A stretch of DNA of 64,000 nt, from positions 18,610 to 82,609 of the forward strand of contig JASFLY010000012.1 of assembly GCA_050117845.1 (NCBI GenBank), given 5' to 3'. How positions within the stretch are numbered: position 1 is the first letter of the stretch; each line of letters starts with the position of its first letter. Source of the DNA: Candidatus Zixiibacteriota bacterium. GTDB taxonomy: Bacteria; RBG-13-66-14; B26-G2; WVWN01. A program made the position numbers and the translations under genes. Positions 29,325-39,073 of this stretch are shown here, piece by piece. Under the pieces are notes generated by a model that saw only the letters and a program-made list of their open reading frames with translations, was not told the DNA's origin and ran no database searches.

Positions 29325-30317
29325 TCACCCGCAACGTAACATATCGACAAAGGTCTCGAGGCGCAGCCGTTGTTGGGCGGAAAGGGGGCCGGGCCGCTCT
29401 CCCTCAAGCGTCAGGACCGGGACCGGCGCGCCCCGCCGTATCAGTATATCCTGGATGCCGCGGTAGCAGAAAGCCTGCACATAGTGCAATAAGCCGTCGA
29501 CGTGGCGCCGTTCCACCTCCCGGCCTATATCGGCCAGCCGGGGGCCGGTGCCGTAAGGATACGTGTACGCGGCGTAGGCGGCGGCTAGGTCGTCGCCCCC
29601 GGCGAGCAGCGCGAATTGGCGCGGCGTCTCGTTGAATACGACGGCGGCGGCCAGGTCGGCGAGGAACTCGAAGAGGTCGTCGTTTATCGGCGGGACGCCC
29701 ACTACGCCCAACCGCGGCTTTTGGGCGGCCCCCGCCTTGCGGCCCCGGGCCTCCTCCAGAAAGGCCGTCACGTCGGCCTCGAACCGCTCGACGCCGCCGG
29801 CGAAGTCGCCGGCCCGGAGCAGCCAGTCGAAGTTCTCCCGGCCCGTAACGACGCCCTCCCGCCAGGTCAACTCGTCCAGTTCGGCCAGGGCGCGCCGGCT
29901 CACTTTCAGTTTGTCGAAAACGCCCTCCGCCGCCGGGACGGTGGTCCCGACCTCCGCGGCCAGCTCCTCCAGGGCCGTGGCCATCGCGCGGCGCTCGGGC
30001 CGGGGCGGGAAGGCGAAACCCAATACGTCGACGCCCTCGTCGGCCAGCACCTCCCCCAACGCGACGGCGTTGGAACAGTCGCCGCCGGTCACGACCGCGA
30101 CCCGGCCTATCCCCTCCGCGCGGACGGTCGCGTATATGCCCTTTATCCAGGCGCAGGTGTTGCGGGGGAAGCCGGCGCCTTCGGCTTCGCTGACCGCGCC
30201 TTCCGGGTCCGGCAAGCCTATAAATAAGTTATTGAGGTCCACCGGCTCGAAACCCGCCGCCAGCAGGACCTCAATCGGGAGCGTCGTCGTTATCCCTATT
30301 CGCGTGTCGGCAGTCAT
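29325..30317 (-). CDS. 2-hydroxyacyl-CoA dehydratase (HgdAB/D) family subunit
   Basis: IGITTTLPIE, FPRNTCAWIKG, GGDCSN, HYVQAFCYR, RLETFVDML. Confidence 0.8.
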   Translation of the reverse strand: MTADTRIGITTTLPIEVLLAAGFEPVDLNNLFIGLPDPEGAVSEAEGAGFPRNTCAWIKGIYATVRAEGIGRVAVVTGGDCSNAVALGEVLADEGVDVLGFAFPPRPERRAMATALEELAAEVGTTVPAAEGVFDKLKVSRRALAELDELTWREGVVTGRENFDWLLRAGDFAGGVERFEADVTAFLEEARGRKAGAAQKPRLGVVGVPPINDDLFEFLADLAAAVVFNETPRQFALLAGGDDLAAAYAAYTYPYGTGPRLADIGREVERRHVDGLLHYVQAFCYRGIQDILIRRGAPVPVLTLEGERPGPLSAQQRLRLETFVDMLRCG

Positions 30318-30329
30318 CGGCTCCGGCCC

Positions 30330-31133
30330 TTATTCCCCTTCCGGTTCCGACCCGCCTTCCTCTCCGCTTTCCCGGATATAGGAGTAATTGGCGCCGTGCC
30401 GGCGCTTGCCGCCGAAGCCGGAGCCCCGGGCCGCCCGCTTGATGTCCTCGTAAGACATCTCGGACCACGTTTCCCGGGAGACGCCGGTCTTGACGCGTGC
30501 CAACATCTCCTGCTCCACGCTGTAGGTCAACTCGGTGTTCCGGGGACTCTGCCAGACGATGCGGTAAATAGCGTGGCCGGGCTTATCCTCCATCAGGTCG
30601 AGCAGAGCCTGGGCCTGCCGGCCCGAATCGAACATCCGGCCGCGGTTCCCGAGATACAACGTCTCCTCGGTCTGCGAAGTTATCTCGGGACCCTCTCCTT
30701 CTATCCCTTCCGGGGAAAGGAGATCGTCCGAGATCTCGAGTTCGCAGAATCCCGGCCGGTTAACGCGCAGGCTGGCGACGAGGGCATGGGCGTCCACCTC
30801 GGGCGAACGGGCCCGGTTGACGTCGAAGTAGACGTTTATCCACACGATGTCGTACTCGTCGTAGCGCTCTTTGTCGAAGTAGTTCAGGAGCCGCTCGATG
30901 TCGCGGGCGGAGGTCGATGGGTCGACGGCGATGTTCATACGGACCGACGGTTCCGCGGCGTCGTCGTCCACGTCCATCTTGCCGACGACGTACTCGACGG
31001 GCGGCGGCGTATAATCGGTCGCCGGGGCCGCGGTCTCCGCGGTCCCCTCCTCTCCCCCCTTGCACCCGGCCGCGACGGCCGCGACGACCATAAGCGGTAG
31101 AACGATATGCCGTATCTTCAAAATCGGTTTCAC
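30330..31133 (-). CDS. hypothetical lipoprotein
   Basis: Lipobox AAGC; GC3 bias. Confidence 0.65.
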   Translation of the reverse strand: MKPILKIRHIVLPLMVVAAVAAGCKGGEEGTAETAAPATDYTPPPVEYVVGKMDVDDDAAEPSVRMNIAVDPSTSARDIERLLNYFDKERYDEYDIVWINVYFDVNRARSPEVDAHALVASLRVNRPGFCELEISDDLLSPEGIEGEGPEITSQTEETLYLGNRGRMFDSGRQAQALLDLMEDKPGHAIYRIVWQSPRNTELTYSVEQEMLARVKTGVSRETWSEMSYEDIKRAARGSGFGGKRRHGANYSYIRESGEEGGSEPEGE

Positions 31134-31137
31134 CCCT

Positions 31138-31914
31138 TTAACTAAGGAGCCGGAACGCGAGCGCCAGACCCTCCAGCGTCAACGCTCCGGCGATTTCCGG
31201 CGTGGTCCTCATAAGCGGCGCCACCACGGCGGCCAGGCCGCCGGTGGCGACCAGAGCCCCGGCTTCGCCCCTCTCCTCGCGTATGGCCTCCACGATGCCG
31301 TCGGCGGCGCGCGCCGCCCCCAGGACGACGCCGGCGCGCAGGGCCTCGTCGGTGTTGCGGCCCACCACCCTCGGCGGCATCGTAAGGTCCACCGCGTCGA
31401 GCCGGGCCGCCCGGGCGAAGAGGTTCTCGGCCGAGACGGCGACCCCCGGGGCGATGACGCCACCCACGTAAGCCCCATCCGCGGACAGAACGTCGAAGGT
31501 GGTGGCGGTGCCGAAATCCACCGCTATGGCCGGGGCGCCGTGGAGTTCGCGTAGCGCGAGGGCGTTGACGACCCGGTCCGGCCCCACCTCGGCCACGTTG
31601 TCGTAACGCACCTCGAGGCCCAAGTCCTCGTAGTCGCCCTCCACCACGACGGGACCGACGCCGAAGTAGCGCCGCAGGGCCTCGGCCAGCCGCGGCGTCA
31701 GCGGCGGTACGACCGAACACATTACGGACGGCACCGGCACCTCGACCTCCACGCCGCGGAGACGGAGTATCTCCCGGAGCCCGACGCCGTACTCGTCGGC
31801 GGTGCGACCCCGGCCGCTCGAGAGCGTGAACTGCACGCCGAGGCGGCCTTCAATAAAATAGCCGCCGGCAATGGACGTATTGCCGACGTCGAGCGCGAGC
31901 AGGCTTTCGGTCAT
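31138..31914 (-). CDS. coaX: type III pantothenate kinase
   Basis: LDVGNT, CSVVP, VGPDR, VDFGTATTFD, GGVIAPG, ATGG. Confidence 0.92.
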   Translation of the reverse strand: MTESLLALDVGNTSIAGGYFIEGRLGVQFTLSSGRGRTADEYGVGLREILRLRGVEVEVPVPSVMCSVVPPLTPRLAEALRRYFGVGPVVVEGDYEDLGLEVRYDNVAEVGPDRVVNALALRELHGAPAIAVDFGTATTFDVLSADGAYVGGVIAPGVAVSAENLFARAARLDAVDLTMPPRVVGRNTDEALRAGVVLGAARAADGIVEAIREERGEAGALVATGGLAAVVAPLMRTTPEIAGALTLEGLALAFRLLS

Positions 31915-31981
31915 ATCCCTACGGTCTGTCCCGGAATCGAAACGGGCCGTCCTTCGCCGGGCCCCGGGCCCGGCCGGCGGC

Positions 31982-32182
31982 CTACTTCGACCCGCTTTCC
32001 TTGGCTTCCTTCTCGTCCGCCTCTTCGGTGATGCTGTTGCTTATCTCCCGCGAGGTCTTCTTGAACTCGCGGATGCCCTTCCCCAGGCCCCGGCCGATTT
32101 CCGGCAGGCGCTTGGCGCCGAACAACAGAAGCGCGATTAGAAGGATTAAAAGGATTTCCTGTATGCCTATCGAACCGAACAT
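31982..32182 (-). CDS. tatA: twin-arginine translocase TatA/E
   Basis: [42 protein letters not shown]. Confidence 0.92.
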   Translation of the reverse strand: MFGSIGIQEILLILLIALLLFGAKRLPEIGRGLGKGIREFKKTSREISNSITEEADEKEAKESGSK

Positions 32183-32239
32183 TTCGCTCTTCCCCGGCGT
32201 AAGGGTCCGGCCCGCGGGCCGAACCACACCGCGTATTCG

Positions 32240-33214
32240 TTAAAAGTTAAAAGACACCGAAGCCCGGTGGCTGCTCTCGAGGCCGGTGTCGGACAGGTAC
32301 GCGTAATCGACGCCCATTCCCACGCCGAGCGCCCGGACCGTCACGCCGGCGCCCCCGGCGAGCGCGCTCCGCTCGCTGCCGAGCCGCACGGCGACCGTCC
32401 GGCGATACCACCATTCCGCTCCGCCGCTGAAGTCGAAGCTGGCGTCCCCGGCGGCGACGTGCGCGGCTTCGCCGTAGCCCGCGAACTTGACGTCGGTACC
32501 GGCCGCGAACGTGAACTCGCTGTCCCAGTCGGCGACCGGTAGGGAGTACGACGCGCCCAGTTTCAGGTTGGTCGGTATGGTCTCCTCGGTCCCGGTGTCC
32601 CAACTGAGCGCCGAGAAGACGTTCTGGGCGTTAAGGCCGACGCGGAACGGCCCGAAGGGCCCGGCCAAAGCGCCCACATCGAACGAGTATCCGGACGACC
32701 CGGCGTCGTCGAACTCGTGGTCGCCCATGATGTAAATGGCGTTAGCGCCGACGGACAACCACGGCAACAGCGGCCGGCCGTAGGAGCCGTAGAACGCGTA
32801 GTCGGCCCAGTTGAAGTAGCCCTTGAACACGGGCCGGGAAGTCGGGTCTCCCGGGATCTCCCGGACCGACCACTTGATGTCGTCGACCCCCAGGCGGAGC
32901 ATGCCGCCGCCCACGGTTCCGGCGTTTCCGAGATTATAGGCGCCGAATACGGTGTCGTAGGTCGCGAGGCCGTTGAAGGTGTAGGAATGCATGGCCGAGA
33001 AGGCCCCCCGCTCCACCGCCGGCATCCCCGCCGGATTCCAGTAGGGGGCCGTCGCGTCGTCGGCCACGGCGACAAACGCGCCGCCCATCCCCAGCGCCCG
33101 GGCCCCGGCGCCGTACGTCATCCAATCGGCGGAGTACTTGTCGGCGGCGCCCGCGGCCGCCACGGCCATCCCGATTATTATCGCTATGAGCAGTCTTCTC
33201 ATATCGCCCGCCAT
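32240..33214 (-). CDS. porV: PorV/PorQ-family outer-membrane barrel
   Basis: GARALGMGGAFVAVADDATAPYWNPAG, VDYAY, HRASVSFNF; directly downstream of a PorU-like gene. Confidence 0.78.
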   Translation of the reverse strand: MAGDMRRLLIAIIIGMAVAAAGAADKYSADWMTYGAGARALGMGGAFVAVADDATAPYWNPAGMPAVERGAFSAMHSYTFNGLATYDTVFGAYNLGNAGTVGGGMLRLGVDDIKWSVREIPGDPTSRPVFKGYFNWADYAFYGSYGRPLLPWLSVGANAIYIMGDHEFDDAGSSGYSFDVGALAGPFGPFRVGLNAQNVFSALSWDTGTEETIPTNLKLGASYSLPVADWDSEFTFAAGTDVKFAGYGEAAHVAAGDASFDFSGGAEWWYRRTVAVRLGSERSALAGGAGVTVRALGVGMGVDYAYLSDTGLESSHRASVSFNF

Positions 33215-33215
33215 T

Positions 33216-36200
33216 TTATCTCAGTTTGACCAGCTTCTCCCGGGCGACGATCTTCTGGTCGCCGGCCCGGGCGATGATTTTATAGAAATATACGCCGTTG
33301 GCGATGGCGTCGCCCTCGCGGTCGCGGCCATCCCAGTATATCTGGTGATAGCCAGCCGGGATGCCGCCGGCCTCGATTTTTTGAATCAAGCGGCCGGTGG
33401 CGGTATAAATTTTCACGACCAGGCTGTCGACGTCCGTCGACGTGACGAGCGTGAAGTACGTATCGTCGGCGAAGGGGTTGGGGCAATTCATAACCTCGGT
33501 GAGCGCCAATGAGCCGCTCACGACGCAATTGACGGTGCGCTCGGTTCGGTTGCCCAGGCCGTCGTGGGCGGTGACGGTGATGCGGTGGTTGCCCTCGCCC
33601 AGGGCCAATTTCTTCGTTACGCTCCCCGCGCGGTAGTCGCCCTCTTCGGGTTTATAATAATAAGTCAGGTCCAGAGGCGCTTCCTGGTCAACCGTAACGT
33701 AGAGCGGTACGTACGTCGTTTCGCCCGGCGCAATGGCCTCCAGGTTCCGGGCAACGAGGACGCCGCTGTCGTCCCGCAGATCGACAAGGAGTTCCGGCGT
33801 CGGGCCGGTGGCGTCGCCGCTGCGGAAAGAGTAATCTTCCAGGTAAATATCGACGTCGGGGCCCGCGACGTCACTCGAGTTGACCTCGCCGGAGACGTTT
33901 ATCGTTACCGATTCGTTGCACACGTAGGTTTGGCGGAAGCCGTTCCCGTACGCGACCGCTTTTATGTACGCCACGCCGTCCTCGGCTACGTCCTCGAGCG
34001 AGGAATCCGTGTAGGGCGTCGCCACTCCGGCCGGGGGAGCGGCCGGCCTTCCCTCGGCGTCGGTCGCGGCCTCAGCCGAATCCGTCGCCGCCGCGGCGGT
34101 AGTCACCGGTACGCTATCGACTTCCTCCGGCACCGGGTTCTCGGGGACGACCGGCACGACGACCGTCGCCTCGAAGCGGCCGTTAACAACCTCCACCTCG
34201 GTTGAAGACAACAACCGGTCCCGGTATACGTCGTAAGAATTGTCGTAGCTGTAAAAATACCAGGGCCGGTCGAAGAGCGAGACCGTCGCCTTTCCGTTAA
34301 AATTATTCGGGACGGTGCCCGAGACGCGGAAGGTCCCTCCCCGAGCCACGGTATTGCGGTTGGGCGTCAATACGAGGCCGGGCCGCGGTATAGCCAGCGT
34401 CATGGACGGGTCGCCGAGGAGGGTAAACATCCGGGTAATGGTATCGTCGGCCGCTTCCACTTTCCCGACGAAATGGGCTTCCCCCACCGTTACGCCGGCG
34501 TTCCGTAGCGCCTGATTCGGGAAAAGGTGACCGTAAAAGCCTTCCAGGAATTTTTTCTGGCCGCCCTCGGTCCCCAGTCGCGTCGACCCCATCGAGGCGA
34601 CGGCGGCGGTCCGGGGTTGTTGCAACAGGTACTCGCTGATGCTCTGGCCGTAGTCGAGGGGGTTGGTTTCTATAACCCCCACCCACTGATCGAAATAACA
34701 GGTGGAGCAGGAACATTGGATAACGACCGGGAGGAAGGTATAATTCTCGAGGTAGTAGATATCGTCGATCGGCGGTTTATTTTTATGGTGGACCAGTAAG
34801 TCCTCGTGGGCCCAGACCTGGGGGCCGCCGTGGCCGGCGAAATGGACGATGAGTGCGTCGAAACTTCTGCGCAAGTCCGGCCTCAAGTAATCGTCAACGT
34901 GTTTTTTCCTTACACCGCGGTCTAGTTCGTCGAAATATTTCTTTTCGAACGTATCGTGATTAAAACGCCGGTTCAGCCATTCGATATTTAACTTACGGGC
35001 CTCGTAGCCTTGGGGTACGAAGTCGGCCTCGAGTTCCTCGTTATCGCGCGTGAAGAACCCGCCGCCTCCCCCTGACGAAACCTTATCGTCGTTATCGGCG
35101 CAGAGGACGACCCGGCTGTTCCACGGGCCGTTGACAGCGTCCCGCCGGTAGCCGACGATTTTATCCACGATGGCGTCTATATTCTCCTCGAAGGGAGCCG
35201 ACAGGCGGCCGACGGCGAGGTCGGGGGCCTCGCTCTCGCTCATGGAGACGAAGACATTATCGGACGCGGCCCGGCCGCTGGACGAGGACCTTACGTAATA
35301 GGTCGGGACCAGATTGCGGCCGTACTCCCGCCACAACTTCTTGCCCACGAAGCGGCGGAGGTTATCGCGATGGTCGGTAAACGCGTCGCCCACCAGCAGG
35401 AGGTGATCGGGCAAGGTCCCGCCGGGGCGGTATATGGCTTTGCGGTAATAGTCCTTTACGATATGGCGTACCGCCCCCGGGTCGTAGAGGCCCCAGGAAT
35501 ACTCGTCGTAGACGTCGGATACGCGGGCCACGACGACGTTGAGGCCCTCGGCCCGGCGCTGGTTGACGAGCGGCATAACGTTGTCGTAAAAACCGTCGTA
35601 CACGACGACGATCATGTCGACGTTTTCGTCGACGTCGCGTAACCGGGAACCCGCGTCGAGGTAGTAATCCACCGGCTTACGGTTGGCCACGGTCGACGTC
35701 GCCGCGACGTAGAAGCGCCGGCCGGAAGGTATGTTATCGGTGAAGCGTAGGGTGTACTCGTTCCCCTCGGCCTGAACGTCGAACGCCGTCAGGCGGCGGC
35801 CACGGGTTACGTCGTACAGCACCAGGTCGTCGGTCGTGAATCCCTTCACCTCGAACAGGATATCGCCGCTGTGCTCGGGGAGATTCGAGAAACGAATATA
35901 ATTCTCGTCGGCCCGCAGGTACCGCGGGTACTCGAACTCGAAGTGGTCGAGCGCGATGACGCTCCGCTCTCCCGTCGGGTCCTTTTCTTCGAAGTACACG
36001 CGGTTCTGGCCGTTTAGGAGTAACCGTGTCGCGAAGGTTCCGCGGAGGAAAGTTTCCGGACGGGCCGAGTAGTCTTCCGCCTTGAATATTTCGCGTTCGG
36101 GGGTACCGTAGTTTAGATATATAAACGTATTATGGGGGCCGTTCAACGTGCCGTAACCCTTCTCCTCCCGTACCATCATCTGGAAATGAGTCGGGGGGGC

Positions 36201-37649
36201 GTTCGAAGTCGACACCGGGTCGGGCACCGAGAACGGCGCCAGCGCCGAAGGGCCGTACGGAGCGTTGAAGGTCCGCCAGTACCAGAATTCGTCGTCCATG
36301 TCGTATTCGGTCTCGCCCTCCGCTTTGTCCTGGTTGTCCTCCTCCACGCGGATGCGATGCCAGAAATACGTGGGCCTCGTCCCGCCGGCCGGGGGTACGG
36401 CGAGGTCGGTCATCCTTTTCCCGGGGTCGTCGCCGGCGACCAACCAGTATACGTTGTAGCGCGTGAAGCGGTCTTTCGAAAACTCGAAGGAGCCGTTCTC
36501 GTTCGGCGTTACGGCCTTGAAGAAGTCGCAGCCGTGGCCGAAGAACTCCACGTAGTCGCCGGCGTCAAAACGGCCGTCGCCCTCGCCCGCCACGTATAAC
36601 GGGATTTCGGTCAGGCCGTCGGGTTCGTAAAAGAAATCGCGGGGGAGACTCTGGGCCGGGCCTGTGTAGAGGCGGAGGTTGCGGGGGTCCCAAGTGGACA
36701 CCGGGTATCCCGCCCGGTCGAGTTCCTCGTAAGTTAACCGGTACAGCCCCTCTTTTTCGACTACGATTTTCATGGCCGCCTTATCGGCGAAGTCCGTGGG
36801 CCATATCCCGGCGTCGAGGGCGGGCGCAAGGCCGCCGGCGAAAGGCCAGGCCGCCGCGTCTTCCCAGTTGACCACGATGGAAGGAATGGTGCGAGAGAAT
36901 ATACCCTCTTCGGCCGGCCGGGCCGGGTAACGCGTGTTGGCGCGGCGAACGCCGCCGGCGAAGGAAACGCGCACCACGACGCTTTTGGCCACCTTGAGCG
37001 TCGCCGTCTTGGCGTCGTACTGATAGGGCATTACCGCCACCGACAGCAAGCGGTATCCCCGGACAATGTCCTGTCCCGCGAGTTCGGCGAAACGACTCGG
37101 GTAAACGCCGTCGCGATAGGACTGGGCGTCGAATTCGAAAACTTCGCGGAGCTGCTGTTCGCCGTGGCGCTCCTCGGCCTCGAGCCGGGGTCGCGGGCAC
37201 AGCTTGACGCCCGTCATTACGTCGTACGAGACGCGCTCCACCGTTACGGAAACGTCCGCCTCGGGCGGCGCCGCGACACGGACGTGCCGCGCCAGCAGTT
37301 CGGGCCCGCCGACTGCGCCGGCCGAACCGTAACGGCTTAAATGGAAGCGGTCGTAGGTCCGCCCGTCGATCTCGACCTCGTCCCGGTCGAGTTCCGGTAT
37401 TTTTACCTCGAAGGTACAGCCGTTTTCGCCCGACGAGAGAAGGACGACCTCGTTCTCGTCGGAATCTTTATCTCCGGAGGCCGGGTCACCGATTGCCACG
37501 GCGGGGGGTACCGTTCCCCCGTCGTCGGCGTCCCCCGTCGGATAACTTACGGCCCCGGTCGGGGGCGCCCATGCCGTAGAGCCGGGCGGCCCCGCGGCCC
37601 ACGCTCCGCCAACCATACCTATTAAGAGGATAACGGCGCTTTTTCTCAT
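33216..37649 (-). CDS. porU: C25 (gingipain-family) cysteine peptidase, PorU-like, with propeptide and T9SS-type tail
   Basis: Signal peptide, GLYRLTYEEL, DYVEFFGHG, LLLVGD, AVGRL, FAGHGG and CSC catalytic His/Cys, TLLGDP, NCPNPF...ANGVYFY. Confidence 0.8.
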   Translation of the reverse strand: MRKSAVILLIGMVGGAWAAGPPGSTAWAPPTGAVSYPTGDADDGGTVPPAVAIGDPASGDKDSDENEVVLLSSGENGCTFEVKIPELDRDEVEIDGRTYDRFHLSRYGSAGAVGGPELLARHVRVAAPPEADVSVTVERVSYDVMTGVKLCPRPRLEAEERHGEQQLREVFEFDAQSYRDGVYPSRFAELAGQDIVRGYRLLSVAVMPYQYDAKTATLKVAKSVVVRVSFAGGVRRANTRYPARPAEEGIFSRTIPSIVVNWEDAAAWPFAGGLAPALDAGIWPTDFADKAAMKIVVEKEGLYRLTYEELDRAGYPVSTWDPRNLRLYTGPAQSLPRDFFYEPDGLTEIPLYVAGEGDGRFDAGDYVEFFGHGCDFFKAVTPNENGSFEFSKDRFTRYNVYWLVAGDDPGKRMTDLAVPPAGGTRPTYFWHRIRVEEDNQDKAEGETEYDMDDEFWYWRTFNAPYGPSALAPFSVPDPVSTSNAPPTHFQMMVREEKGYGTLNGPHNTFIYLNYGTPEREIFKAEDYSARPETFLRGTFATRLLLNGQNRVYFEEKDPTGERSVIALDHFEFEYPRYLRADENYIRFSNLPEHSGDILFEVKGFTTDDLVLYDVTRGRRLTAFDVQAEGNEYTLRFTDNIPSGRRFYVAATSTVANRKPVDYYLDAGSRLRDVDENVDMIVVVYDGFYDNVMPLVNQRRAEGLNVVVARVSDVYDEYSWGLYDPGAVRHIVKDYYRKAIYRPGGTLPDHLLLVGDAFTDHRDNLRRFVGKKLWREYGRNLVPTYYVRSSSSGRAASDNVFVSMSESEAPDLAVGRLSAPFEENIDAIVDKIVGYRRDAVNGPWNSRVVLCADNDDKVSSGGGGGFFTRDNEELEADFVPQGYEARKLNIEWLNRRFNHDTFEKKYFDELDRGVRKKHVDDYLRPDLRRSFDALIVHFAGHGGPQVWAHEDLLVHHKNKPPIDDIYYLENYTFLPVVIQCSCSTCYFDQWVGVIETNPLDYGQSISEYLLQQPRTAAVASMGSTRLGTEGGQKKFLEGFYGHLFPNQALRNAGVTVGEAHFVGKVEAADDTITRMFTLLGDPSMTLAIPRPGLVLTPNRNTVARGGTFRVSGTVPNNFNGKATVSLFDRPWYFYSYDNSYDVYRDRLLSSTEVEVVNGRFEATVVVPVVPENPVPEEVDSVPVTTAAAATDSAEAATDAEGRPAAPPAGVATPYTDSSLEDVAEDGVAYIKAVAYGNGFRQTYVCNESVTINVSGEVNSSDVAGPDVDIYLEDYSFRSGDATGPTPELLVDLRDDSGVLVARNLEAIAPGETTYVPLYVTVDQEAPLDLTYYYKPEEGDYRAGSVTKKLALGEGNHRITVTAHDGLGNRTERTVNCVVSGSLALTEVMNCPNPFADDTYFTLVTSTDVDSLVVKIYTATGRLIQKIEAGGIPAGYHQIYWDGRDREGDAIANGVYFYKIIARAGDQKIVAREKLVKLR

Positions 37650-37729
37650 ATTACCTCGCAATGCGATTATCGTTCCCTTATATCCGCGAAAACTAGCATA
37701 CCGGAAGTAAAATCGCAAGGCAAATTGCT

Positions 37730-39073
37730 TTACTTTAAAACGCTTTTCAGAAATTCTGCCAAAACCGCAACCTGCGTACGCCTATTATATGTATCAATTA
37801 CTCCAGCCTTCGTTTCATATTCTTTTACGCCCCCGGCCGCGGCCGAGAAGCGAGCCATAAACCCGTCGGCCACGGCGGCCGGGTTATCCGGCGCGACGAC
37901 CGTCGCCCCCTCCGTCGTCCCGGATATTATATCGGCGGCCTCGCCCGGCGGAATCGCGGCCAGGATAGGCCGGCCGGCCCCGAGGTACTCGTAGAGTTTA
38001 CCCGGCACGAGCGACGCCCCTTCCTCCCGCGACATAGCGAGTACCAGAAGGTCGGCGCCGAGGCAGGCCCGCATCGCGTCGGCGTGGCGGACGTAGCCGG
38101 TCGAGAATACGACGTCCGCCAGGCCCAGCTCCTCGGCCAGCGCCAGGTCGTCAGAACGGTTGATGCCCAGCAGATACAGCCGGGCCCGGGCGGCGAACTC
38201 GGGACTGCGGGCCCGCGCTCCGGCTAAACCTTCCAGTATCGCCCGGGCTCGCCGGCCGCCGCGGAACGAGCCGTTATGGACCATGACGTAATCGTCGGCG
38301 TGCGCGGCCGGCAGCGGTTCGCCGAAGTCGGCAGGGTCGAAGCCGTTGCGGAGGACGAGGAGGGACAGCGGGCGGCCGGCCAGAGACTCCATCGCCGGGG
38401 CCATCCCCTCCGTATTGGCGATAACGCCGTCGGCCCGGCGGAGTACCCATTTCTCGAGCAATTTGTTTACCCAACGATGGTAAGCGAAGAGGCGGCGCCG
38501 GAGGTGGTGGCGACTCCAGGCGTCGCGGAAGTCCGCGACCCACCGGCAGCCCGTCATCAACTTCAGGGCGAGGCCCACCAGGTGGCAGGACTCCGGCGGC
38601 GACGTCGTCAGGACGACGTCGAAGCGCCGGCGCCGCAGAAGCCGTATCGCCCGGGCCAAGGCGAAGGGGACCCAGCCTACTTGCGTATCGGGCAAAAACA
38701 GGTGATCCGTCAGCGTTTTATAGAGGCGGCCGGCGGTCGACGCCGGCCGGGCGGCGTTTCCGGCGGCCCGGCGCTCGAGGTCGGCGAAACTTTCGGGAGG
38801 CGACGGGAGGGGCGGCGGCCGCCATCCCAGAAGCCAGTTCAGCCGCAGCGGCTCCAGGCTCCCCGGCCGGTGTACCGGCACGTCGGGGATTTCGTCGAGG
38901 AGGGAGGGGTCGTAGGCGTGGTACCGGATATCCCGGACCGTCAGGACCTCGACCTCCCAACCGAATTCCCGCAGATAGCGGGCGAACTTGACGGGGCGGT
39001 GGACGCCGCCGCTGCCCGTGGGCGGGAAGTTGTGGGAGACGAGAAGGACGCGTTTTTTAGCGGCCGGCGACAT
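37730..39073 (-). CDS. GT4 glycosyltransferase
   Basis: NFPPTGSGGVHR, TTSPPES, DFRDAW, NGFD, PGKLYEYL; true start MSPAAKK at 39073. Confidence 0.85.
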   Translation of the reverse strand: MSPAAKKRVLLVSHNFPPTGSGGVHRPVKFARYLREFGWEVEVLTVRDIRYHAYDPSLLDEIPDVPVHRPGSLEPLRLNWLLGWRPPPLPSPPESFADLERRAAGNAARPASTAGRLYKTLTDHLFLPDTQVGWVPFALARAIRLLRRRRFDVVLTTSPPESCHLVGLALKLMTGCRWVADFRDAWSRHHLRRRLFAYHRWVNKLLEKWVLRRADGVIANTEGMAPAMESLAGRPLSLLVLRNGFDPADFGEPLPAAHADDYVMVHNGSFRGGRRARAILEGLAGARARSPEFAARARLYLLGINRSDDLALAEELGLADVVFSTGYVRHADAMRACLGADLLVLAMSREEGASLVPGKLYEYLGAGRPILAAIPPGEAADIISGTTEGATVVAPDNPAAVADGFMARFSAAAGGVKEYETKAGVIDTYNRRTQVAVLAEFLKSVLK

